Shown here piece by piece: positions 1 to 11,000 of a stretch of DNA of 64,000 nucleotides; position 1 is the stretch's first letter; every line of letters starts with the position of its first letter. The notes beneath the pieces were generated by a model, which was not told the origin of the DNA, searched no databases, and was given only the letters and a program-made list of their open reading frames with translations. The translations under genes and the position numbers were made by a program. Source of the stretch: a virus; the IMG/VR virus record IMGVR_UViG_3300044647_001784, positions 22,297 to 86,296 of that record; one strand, 5' to 3'.

Positions 1-1589
1 GTTGCTAATAAAGTATTCTGTAAGGCGGCTGCACCAATTGCAGAAGGTGGAGAGACATAAAGGTTGTCTGAAGAACCAGAGTAGTTTGTACTTATTATTG
101 GTGAGTAAATTACTTTAACTGCTTTAACTGAAGGCACAGTTTCTTTATTCATAGAAATTATATTAGGCAGATTTAATAATTTTTTTTCGCTTCTAAACTT
201 AAAACTAGCTTCTCTTGTTTTATCAAATAGGTAGTCTCTGGGATAGAACTGAAGTATGTCGTTGTTATCAAATGTAGCTATCATTTGAGTGTCTCTGCAT
301 AAATCCTGTATATGTTCCCAGACTGTCTTTGTGTCTTCTGTATACCAAAATAAAGGGACTATGGTAGCTGTATCGGCTAAGTCTGTGCTATCTTTATTAT
401 ATGTATTAAAATTATATGAATTAAATCCTATGCCGTCTAATAGCCTTCTAATAATAGCTTGTGATGGAGCATTTTGAATTACAATATCTGGAGCTAATAT
501 TTCTTGTAAAAATTTAGCTCCGTCTAGGCCTTGTATATCAATATCTCCAAACTCAGATAACATGAAGGAGTCCATATAAAATACTCCCTGAAAAATCATG
601 TCTGATCCTATTTTATTAAATGGCATTATCTTAACGTTTTTATACAAATTAATATTGTTTTTATTAAATGCCAAAGTTTTATCATACTCTACTCCCTTTT
701 TATCAAATCCCTCCAGGGATAATGACAAAGCATTTGCTGTTACTGATCCTACTGGAACAATTCCAGATGAGTCGTCGGAAGACATTTTTGAAGCCTGAAA
801 AGAAATTACTCTGTCAGAAACATCCTGTATGTATCTTGCTCCTATTTCAATAACTCCTAGGTATGAGTTTGCCTTGCTAATTGTGTTTACTGTTACAGTA
901 ATGTTCTTAATATCTACTGGAACTGATGGCGTTGTAAATTTTGTAGTTGACCATGAAGATGGGCTTGACCATAGTCCTCCGTTATAATAAAGTTGAAATA
1001 CTCCTGTATCACTACTCGATACAACTGTATTTGTAAATATAGTGGCTTCTACATCCTGATGGTTTTTTATTTTAATTGACCAACTGACTGGCTTTGAGTA
1101 TGAAGTCTCAAATTTAACAACTATAGTATTTGCTACAGCTGTTTTTACTACTGGATACTCTACAGTAATATTACAGTTAGGTAGAGAAAGGTTTTCTGCT
1201 GGGCCAGCCAAAAAGTATTTATACTGATTCTTTGCACTAGCAAAATAAAGTCTGGAAGGTAGCTCCTTTGAAACATTATATTTTGGTATGGCAACTGGTA
1301 CCATTTTGTTTAATAAAAAATAGCCTATGCCTGCAGAAGAAGGTCTTCTTGGATCTATTATATTTGTTAGCGGAAATAGTTTTTTATATGGGTAATATTC
1401 TTTTCCAGAAGTAGTAGTTTGTTTTATTTTAAGATCGCCTTCTGGATTTTCATCGGTTCCATTTGGCCCTCTTACTTTAGCACCTAAAATCAAATCGTTC
1501 ATATTATATTCTAGCCAGCATCCGCCCGACATTGAATAGGATACAGACTGATTAATTAAATTTAAGGTTGATGGGCTTACGGTTTGCAT
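1..1589 (-). CDS. Minor tail protein (partial, runs off the left edge)
   Basis: Not in the ORF track. ATG at 1589 overlaps the TAA of the upstream gene (TAATG); reads MQTVSPSTLNLINQSVSYSMSGGCWLEYNMNDLI...; lies two genes downstream of the tape measure gene. Confidence 0.65.
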   Translation of the reverse strand, partial: MQTVSPSTLNLINQSVSYSMSGGCWLEYNMNDLILGAKVRGPNGTDENPEGDLKIKQTTTSGKEYYPYKKLFPLTNIIDPRRPSSAGIGYFLLNKMVPVAIPKYNVSKELPSRLYFASAKNQYKYFLAGPAENLSLPNCNITVEYPVVKTAVANTIVVKFETSYSKPVSWSIKIKNHQDVEATIFTNTVVSSSDTGVFQLYYNGGLWSSPSSWSTTKFTTPSVPVDIKNITVTVNTISKANSYLGVIEIGARYIQDVSDRVISFQASKMSSDDSSGIVPVGSVTANALSLSLEGFDKKGVEYDKTLAFNKNNINLYKNVKIMPFNKIGSDMIFQGVFYMDSFMLSEFGDIDIQGLDGAKFLQEILAPDIVIQNAPSQAIIRRLLDGIGFNSYNFNTYNKDSTDLADTATIVPLFWYTEDTKTVWEHIQDLCRDTQMIATFDNNDILQFYPRDYLFDKTREASFKFRSEKKLLNLPNIISMNKETVPSVKAVKVIYSPIISTNYSGSSDNLYVSPPSAIGAAALQNTLLA

Positions 1590-2041
1590 TATACTTCTTC
1601 CAGTGCGATAGATAGGTCCCAAAATGCTTGTGCAGTGTCCGCCGCATTTTCTTTAACATTTCTTCTTACCATAGTTGCTGAGCATGAAGTAAATGAGGCA
1701 AGGAAAGTTTCTGTTCTTGTAGAATTATATGCAATTTTTACATTAAATGTGCCTTGTCCATGAGCACTTAAATAAAAGTTTTTTATATCTTCTGCTCCCC
1801 AGTATCCATCTACGGTCATAGAGGTGTATGAAGGGACCATGCTCCAGGAGGTAGAGACTGTCTTCTTATCGGCTATAAACAGCTTTCTAAGGCTTCCATT
1901 GGCCATCCTAGAAGTCTTCTCGAACCTTTGTGTTTCTACTACTATGGGGCTTCTGTTATGTTCAGTTAATGAATGGAAAACGCCAGCAGCGTCTTGCACA
2001 AACAAAGCTGCTCCTGCTGGTAAAACTAAAGCCGTTGCCAT
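1589..2041 (-). CDS. Minor tail / distal tail protein
   Basis: 150 aa directly after the tape measure gene, TAATG-coupled; 'SRMANGSLRK' and terminal 'WDLSIALEEV' resemble siphophage distal-tail-like proteins. Confidence 0.55.
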   Translation of the reverse strand: MATALVLPAGAALFVQDAAGVFHSLTEHNRSPIVVETQRFEKTSRMANGSLRKLFIADKKTVSTSWSMVPSYTSMTVDGYWGAEDIKNFYLSAHGQGTFNVKIAYNSTRTETFLASFTSCSATMVRRNVKENAADTAQAFWDLSIALEEV

Positions 2042-5000
2042 TATATATTCTTCCCCTGTCCAACCATTTTAACATTAACCTTAGCCTTTTGTCCAATAAC
2101 TGCTTCTGCTTTGCGAACAATTATATTGGATAGGGCCTCTACATCCATTCCATCAGATGCGTATATGTTTTGGTTAACAGTATAAGATGCTCCAGATGAA
2201 CCTTCCCCTCTTATGCCAAATGAAGGTCTATCAAAATTATATCTAGGCATTGCCGCCTCTGGATTAAATGGATTCATTGTAGCAGGTATTATAGACTCAT
2301 TTTTATGAATCAGAGCTAACATATCTTGTGGAACTACATTAATTCCATCTTTAAATTTAGGAACATTTAGTTTTCCATTACTAATATATCCGCCTGTAGC
2401 AGCGGATGTTGAATTATGTATAGCTGGCCAGATTCCTTCTAGCAGTGGTTTAAAAGATTTTCCATATTTTTCATACTGCTCTATAAATCTTTCAAGAGTA
2501 GAAGGCAAAAATTCATCAAGAACTCCATGGGTTTTTATAAGTTCTGATTTTGGCAATATATTTTTTAATAGCTTTATACGGTTTTCTGGGTCTAGCGTGG
2601 CAACAACGGCATGGAATGTGTCGGAATTTGTTAGCTTTCCGCCAGTATGAACAATGGTGTCCATTAACCATTTTGGACCACCTTTGCCATTTACGGCAAA
2701 TGCTTCGTTTAAATATTCTCCCTGGAATAATGATAGCCTGTCTATTAACGCTTTGCTAAGCCTTGCTACGCCTGGGACCCTTTCTCCAGCTAGCATATCC
2801 CTTGCTTCTTCTCTTGACATTTTTAAAACATCAATAAAATATTTTTCTACAGCCGCATAACCCTTTTTGTTTTGTGACCATAGAGAAGGAGCTCCGCCTC
2901 GCATGTCCCATACCTTTGACATGTCTTCTGGGACTCTAAATAAAGTTTTCCATAACGATCCGCCTTTTTCTGCATTTTTACCTACTGCATACTCTCTTGC
3001 CATTATTTTTTCTACAGTAGCAAATAAATCAAAATTAAATATGTTTCCGCTTAAAGAAACATTTTTAGAAGATGGAGTTAGTCTATTTAAAAGATCTTCT
3101 GGTAAGTTTCCTCCATGATAAAAATCTTGTTTAAAAAGTTCTTCTAATGAAAGGTCTAGCCCTAGGCCTGTGTCGGCTGTAGTTTTGCTCATATTCATCT
3201 TTTTTGCTGATCTTAGTGCTTGAATACTTCCTACGGGGGTATATCTGTAAAGAAAATCAGATATCATTTTTGGTGAAAATTTTAAAAGTTTCTGTGAGAT
3301 ATTTTCTTTTGAGAACATTGAAGTTAATTTACCAACTCCATTTTTTAATGGAGTCATGACTGGGTTTATAAATTTATTTTTCATTGCTGCTGCGGCCTCT
3401 CCCAATGCTTGCATGGGATGGAGTTTAGATGGAGGCAAGTTTGTAAACCAATCATCATCATTTGCAGGCCCTGGTGGAGCACCTGATCCGCTTCGCCTTG
3501 GTGGAGGTGGCCTATTAACTATATCTTCAAAATAAGACTTTCCAGTTGTTGATGTATAGTCAAAAGCATTTTTAAACTTGCGAATTAGACCTTCTGGTTT
3601 AAGGCCTATTGCTTTATATAAATTATTTTGAAGTGGCTTTACTTTACCTAAAGTGTTCCAGGTGACTAATTTTAACAGATCCTTTCCAAGAGACGGTATT
3701 TTGCTAAGCGCTCTAATTAAAGGTGCGCCAAGTGAAGATGACTGTTTTGCTACATTTGCTGTCGGATTTGCAAGTGCCGATCTGGCAGACCCCATTCCAA
3801 GAAAGTTGAGTGGGAAAAGTATTGAACTTAGAGTATCTCCTGATTCAGCCTGTCCAGCCATTTTTCTTAATATTGATCCAGCACCAAGAGCGTCTGCTTT
3901 GTTGTTTGATGTCATGAAAGATGGAAGCATTCCTGCTGCTTCTTTTTGAGATTTTGTTAGCTCTGATACATATCTTTGGAACCAATTTTGTTTTTCTGGA
4001 AGATTTCTTCCGTGCCTATGCCCAACTGGTCCACCCTTGTGGAACAACAGTGGGCCAAACCCATATGCACCGTTTCCAGAAAAGCCCATAGAGGCTCCAG
4101 ATCCTGCTAAACGCATTGGATCTTTATCAATACCCATTCCTGGACCACGATATTTACTTGGCTGCTCAGCCATCTGATGCCAGTAATCTGATTGTTGTGG
4201 TGTCTTTCCAGTAAATTTAAGTCCTGGAATTTCTGTTCCGCCCCAGATGTCTTTACCCTTTGAAGGATTGTATCTTAGCTCTCCCCACCTTCCAGTGCGT
4301 GGATCTCCAGTTGGCTTTCCGTTGCTCCAGTAATCTGGAAGATCAGGACGCCATGGGAAAAATGGAAGCTGCTGTTTTTGAGGCTTCTGTTTACCTACTG
4401 GGCCACCTTCTGCTCTTCTAAGGGCTTTGTGCAAAGAATCTACGGCGTCTGGTCCACCAGCTGCATCTACAGCCTTTGCACTAAATACATATTCTCCATC
4501 TGAAAGCATTGCTGGAATTGAATCTGATGTTGCGGTACCTGGACCAGATACTTTTCCGCCTTCATGTAAAGCGGGGCCCTTTGGAGCTGGCCCAGTCCAA
4601 ATTGGAGTTCCGCCAGTAGTATTTTGTCTATATCTTTGGCCATCAACTATAAATGTTTCTCCTGGCTGAAGGTCAAGTCTCTTTCTAATAGCGTCACGAG
4701 CTTGTGCATTCAGAACTTGTACTTTTTTGCCATCATACTCTTTAGTTTCTTTGCTGTCAGAATAATCACCAGTTACCTTAATGTTTTCTCTTAGTGCAGG
4801 TTTTCCATTTATTCCCTTGACTGCATCAACAACATCTTTTAGAGTTGCTCCGTCACCTAATGCTTTTACAAGAGCCGTATTTACTCCTGTAGCAGCACCA
4901 GATTTTGCTAGAAGCTCTAATGCGTTTTCATATGGGGCAATTGGAACCTTTTCTGTAACCAACATGCTGCCATTATAATATGTTCTTTCTTTATACTTTG

Positions 5001-8000
5001 GCATCGCTGCGCCAGTAGCAGCTTGCATTGCAGCTACAAATCCAGCAGACGCTTCTTTATTTTTCTTTGCGTAAGCCTCAACCGTTAATCCTGCTGCTGC
5101 AGCATTTCCATATAAAGCAGTCATAGAATCATTTACTTTTTTAATTGCTGCTTGTTGCTTATCGTATCTATCTTTTAACTTATCTAAACTTTCTGCAGCA
5201 ATTGCTGCTGCGTCTCCAAGCTTTTCTTGCTTGTTTGAAATAGCATCGGCGGCGGCCTTTAAAGGCTTAATTGCGGCTTCGGCAGCGGTATCTATTGCCT
5301 TCATCTGGGCATCTGTTTGCTGCTGTGAAGTTAGTGACTCTAAATCAATTCTTAGACTTTGTGCCTTTTCCGTATCTCCGACTGCCTCTGCATTTTGTAT
5401 CTCAAGTCTAACCTTTTCAATTTGTCTTCCAAGGTTTGCGTCCTCTTGTGCGGCAGATAATGCTTTCTTTCTTGCCTCTGCAAGCTTATTTATAGCCTCT
5501 ATTTGTTTATTAAGTGCTTTTAGTCTATCTCTATCAGATATTTGTTCTGCAACTGATTGTCCCTTAAGAGCTTTTGTATAATTCTTAATTTGCTTTTCTA
5601 GTTTATCAAGTGATGCGTACTGATCTTTTAATATTCCAACTCTGTTTTTTGCAACCACAGCATCAGATATTGCTGCAAACGAATCTGCAATAAGCTTTGT
5701 TTGAGCAGCATTTAATTGAGAAAGATCTCCATTAAATCCTTGGGCCTGTAATCTAATCTTTTGCCATACGCTTACTACAGTATCAGATCCATTAATCATC
5801 TTCTTTACTTCTGGATTTGCTTTTGCCATTTCATCAACTGTTTCTTGAGTAATGGCTGTGCGAGCCTCGCCAGACCTGTTAATTTTGTCTAGCATTATCT
5901 TTTCGGCTTCTGCGTATGTTAGAAGCTCTTTTTTACCACTTACATCTTTTGCTACTTCTCTTGCTCTCTTGGCCATCAAATCATTTATAGCAGTTTCAGT
6001 TGCAGTCAAAGCTGTGTTTAGTGACATAGCTCTTTCTTTGCTGCCCTGATCTCTTGTGTCCGCTCCAAAACTTGTTACAGCAGAAACTGCAGCACTTTGT
6101 GGATCTGTAATATTTTTAAACTTTGCATTACCAATTGTTGCAGTAATTGATTGATCTTTTTTATTTGAAAGCTGAAGCATGGTGAAAACCTTTTTAGTTG
6201 CTTCATCTGCAGACATGCCAGCTGCAATTAAAGACTCTTTAATTCTACGAACAGCATCTGGAACTTTTTCTGAAGGCTGTCTATCTAGAACTGCTATTTG
6301 CTCTGCAAATGTTTCTTTGACTTCCTTCTTAAGCTTTTTATACTCTGCAATTGTCATCTGGAATGGGGTTCCGCCATCCTTCATACTTTCATATACAAGC
6401 TTATTTGCAGCAGCTAGATCTTCTGAGTCCTGAATAGTATCTTTTATCTTTGACCCGAAATCAGTAAATCTAAGACCAGCTTTTTTAGCAGCCTCTGCGG
6501 TTAAACCAAAACTTTGTATGTTAAGTTCTTGTCCTCGTTTATAGTGTCCCCACATTTTGTATGCAGCATATCCTGCTGCAGCAACTGCAGCTAATGGCGC
6601 AACCAAGCCTGCTACTCCAGCGGCTGTTGCTGCAAGTCCTGCTTTTACAGCTCCTGCTGCAACTGCTTTACCAGCCATTGATGTAACTAATTTTCCAGCG
6701 CCTTGCATAATAGCTGGACCAGCCATCGACCCAACCATTGAGCCCATCATCATTCCATTTTGTCCACCAACAGCATTTCCTATTGCTCCACCTGCTGCCA
6801 TTCCGCCGATTGTTCCAACTAGCATTCCGCCAGCGCCACTACCAAAAGGTCTATCTGGATCTGCTCCCATTCCCTTGCTCTTTAGGAATTGCAATGGGTG
6901 CATCATTGCTGCAGTTGTATATTTTGCATTTGTTGAAAATGCTGTGCCTGCTCGTTTTGCTTTGCTTACACCTGAATCTTCTCCGAACGCAGCTGGTCCA
7001 TATGATTGCCCAACTCCAGCTGCGAGTGAGCCAGGAACACCATATGCTAATATTTGAGATCCGCCAGGGCTGTAAGTAGAAGTAAATCTTCTTACTGTCG
7101 AAGCAATTGAAGTTGAAGCTGCTGTAGATGTTGTTTTAATTGATGTTCCAAGTTTTTGAATACTTCCAGTTAATGCCATCATTGATGAATTAATTTCTGA
7201 GCCCATCATTCTGGCTCTAACAACTAATTTGTCGGATGAAATCTTTAGCCTACTAGCAATAGATCCTATTGCAGAATCTATAGCCTGGTTTGCTCTTTGA
7301 AGAGGCACTGATGGGACATAAGGCAATGATCCTTGAATAGTTGGAACGTTTGTTCTTACCCCTCCATTTCCAATTATTGTTGTTGTTCCAACAGATAGTG
7401 GGCCAGGCTTAGGTGGTGTTCCAACAACTGGCATTGGAGTTCTAGATGCAGCAAGGTTATTTAAATAGAGCTGTCCCATAGCTCTTTGGCTTGGGTCTCC
7501 TGATTTTAAAAGACGCTTTGCATGCTCTTTAGATGTAATCTGACTAACATCAGTAATCTTTTCACCATAAAAATCTTTACTTCGCTTAATTAATCCACCA
7601 AGTGCAAACTGTGGGATTATGTTGCCGCTTTGTAGCGGACTAAATATTTCTGGACCCTTTTCTCCAACTAAATAACTTTGACCTGGAGATACTGGTCCGC
7701 CCATTTCTCTTTCTCCGTCAATGCCGAATATCTTTTTCTTAAGCTCAGCTGTGATTGGAGTATCTTTTTTAGAGTCCCAATTTAAATATCTTCTTTTAAG
7801 TATGTCTCTATCAATTGGTGACAGCTGCTTAAAAGCAGATCTGTCTGAAATTAAGTCGCTTGCGGCTTTTCTAATAACAGCATCTAGTGAACTTGGCTCA
7901 AGCGCATTTCTTAAAGATCCGTCTGGACCCTTAACATATCCGTAAGGCTTTTCTTTAGCTAATGCTGCAGCGAATTTGTCATATAGAAGTTTTTGTGAAT

Positions 8001-11000
8001 ACGGTCTTAGTCCAGTACTTGCAAATAAAGTCTCTGCTGCTTTAATAGATAAAGAGCTAACTCCCCATGGAGCTGACTCATACATGCTAGGCTTTGGTGC
8101 ACCTGTTGGCCCAAACCCTGCACCAATTCTTCTCATTGCTAATGACTTTAGAACATTTATTATTCCTCCGCCATTAAATCCATTAAGCGGAGTTTTAAAT
8201 GAATTGTCGCTAAGAGATATAGCATGACCTCTCTGGCGTATTCTTAGCTCTGCTTCGTCTTTTAATTTCTTTAATGCTGCTGGTGTTAGTGCTTTAGGAG
8301 GAGAAACTTTTACAGCAGAGTGAATTCCATGAAACTCTTCCCAATTTACTCTTCTTCCTTCCTCTAATCTTTTTATCATTGCAGCATAAACTGCTGCCTC
8401 TGTTGGATTTAGGTCGCCAAACTTAGCAATTGTTTCTTTTAGTTTTGGAAGTACTTCATCAATTTCATCAATCATTTTTTGATGATACTGTTGTGGCGTC
8501 ATGCCTTTTGGAATATTAAGAGTTGCTTCTGCAAAGAATCTCTTAGCTCCGCCTTTTACTCCAAGTAAATTGATCCGTGCCATCTCTTGCATAGACGGCA
8601 TTTTGTCGATCCATTCTCCATCTTTCCATTCTCCATGGAATCTTCTCTTTCCAGAAGCTCTATCGTATACTCCATCTGTTCCTGTATCATTAACGTTTCT
8701 TCCAGATATGTTGTCTCTACTTAAATCTTTATCTCCTCTTAGGTTGGCAGCAACCAATTGTTTAAAGTAAGCTTTTTCATCAAACACCCCACTTTGAGTA
8801 GCAAAGGCTTTATCGTAAGGAGATTCAAGAACAATAAGTTTTCTTCTGCCAGCTGGATCTGTAGGGTCAATCATTGTTCTAATTTCTTGTGTAGGAGAGT
8901 GCATTTCATGCCCACCCCTTACAATCATTGTCGCACGTTGTTGTGAAAGGGCTGCGTCTTCATCCATTACTGGCTTAACAAATACTTTTGATCCGTCTGG
9001 CTTTATATATACTCCACCAATTCCTTCTACTGGGAAACTATGTCCAGTTGTAGGAGTATCAAGCTTACCGAAATTAGTTGGTGGCATTGTTGAATATTTA
9101 CCAGTTCTAACTCCAGCATCAATTTCTTCCATAGTAAGTCTAGCTTGTCTTTGTTTTTCTACCTGCTTAATACTTCTAGGCATTCCGAGGAATAATCTTC
9201 CGTAGTTAAACTTTCCAGGCTTTACTTTTCCTCCGACAATTCCGCCTGAATTTTTTCTCTCTACTACATTTCTTTGTAATTCTTTTAGTTTCGCAGCAGA
9301 TCCTCCTGCTGAAACTATACTTGAATCAATAAGCGGTATAAATGAATCAAAGGTTATGTCTCCCTTTTCATCTCCAATTTTCTTTGACTCTTTGCCCCTA
9401 AGAATAGCTTTAATCTTTTGGTCAATTTCTTTTTCTGTATCTGCCCATTTTTCTTGAGGAACTCCAGATTTACGCATCAGCCTATCGTACTTGCCAGTTC
9501 GACCCATGTTTCTATCTAAAAAGTCTTTAGCTAAAAGTGTGCCTTGGTTTGCCTGCAAGTTAGATTGAGCGTCATAGTCAACAGTGTATTTGCTAACATA
9601 TCTCTTTCCATTTATTACAACCGCTCTTGTTAAATGTGTTGCATGTATAATCTTGTTAAGGTCAAGAGGAGGTAATTCATTCTCAGCTAGTTTTTTAGCT
9701 AGTGCTCCTTTATTAGACTCTAGGTGTCCTGCTTCTATTGCAAATGCGTCCCTTCCTCTTGGTGCACCTCTTTCAGCAGCTTTTTTTGTAGTTTCTATAG
9801 AAGCAGAAAATTCTTCTATAACTTTTGCTGCTTTTCTTCTTTCAGATGGAGATAATGATCTCATGTAGTCATCTATAGCTGCATTTGTTGATGCGCCTCT
9901 AGTGACCCAAGTTCTTCCTCCATATGATCCTATAATTTGCGTATCTCTTCCACGTGGATCTAGTCTTGTTTTATTTTTTTGCTCTGCAAGTTCAGCTACT
10001 CGTTTTCTATATTCAGATATCTTATCTTTAAAAAGTGGTCTTATAGTAAGTGCAGGAACTCCATAACTAGATCTAGACAGCTTAATTTTTCCTCCAGCTG
10101 CATGCTGTGGAAGAGGAACTCCATTATTTGCTGCATCTACTGCTCTGAAAAGTTCTGGGTTATCTTGAATGCCTGGACCAAATACTGTTTCTTTTGGTGT
10201 AAGTAAAGCAGTTATGTTGCTTCCAGAATTATCATATGTAGATGGTGCAGCTGCAACCAGTGGAGCATTTCTTGGATCCATTGATGCAGATTGGTTTAAT
10301 ACATATCCTCCTAGTGGAACATCTCCCATTCTGTCATCATATGTTATAGATGCTGGACCAGTAACCTGAGTTTTATTTGGGCCAAACGATTCTATTTTTC
10401 CGCCAGTATTAAATCTAGGCTTTGTTGTATGAATACTATATCCAGCACCAGAAGTTCTAACTCCCAAACCTCTTGCAATTGCATCCACCATTTTTGCAGT
10501 TTCTGTTTTGTGGAAAAGCTCTTTCATATTAGACTTTCCAGTTGCGCTTACAACTGGCTGGCTAGTTAATGGTACTGTAGTTAAGCTAATAGTTCTTGCT
10601 TGAGCGGCGGCAACACCTTGTGCTGTTTGAACCATCATTGCTTCAACCTGAGCATTTAATGCAAATATTTTAGCTCTTGCGGCTTCTACAGTAATCTTTC
10701 CAGCCTGCAGTTGTTGAACTATCAATGCTGTTTCATCTGCAGCAAGGGTAGTTATTCTTGTCATTTGTGGTAGAAGTGCCTGGTAAGAATCTGCAAGCGA
10801 TGCTGTTATTGTTCCTGTTGCAGCAACTTCTGTCTTAAGTATTGCTAATTCTGCCTTTGATTGCATAGCAATTGCTGCAGTCATTGAGTGCCACTTGGCA
10901 GCTTCTGATGCAACTATTCCATTAGAAACTCCATTGACTGCAGTAACTCCATGAATTCTTGGAAGATCCTCGTGCATATATGTTTGTGGTGAATTTGAAA

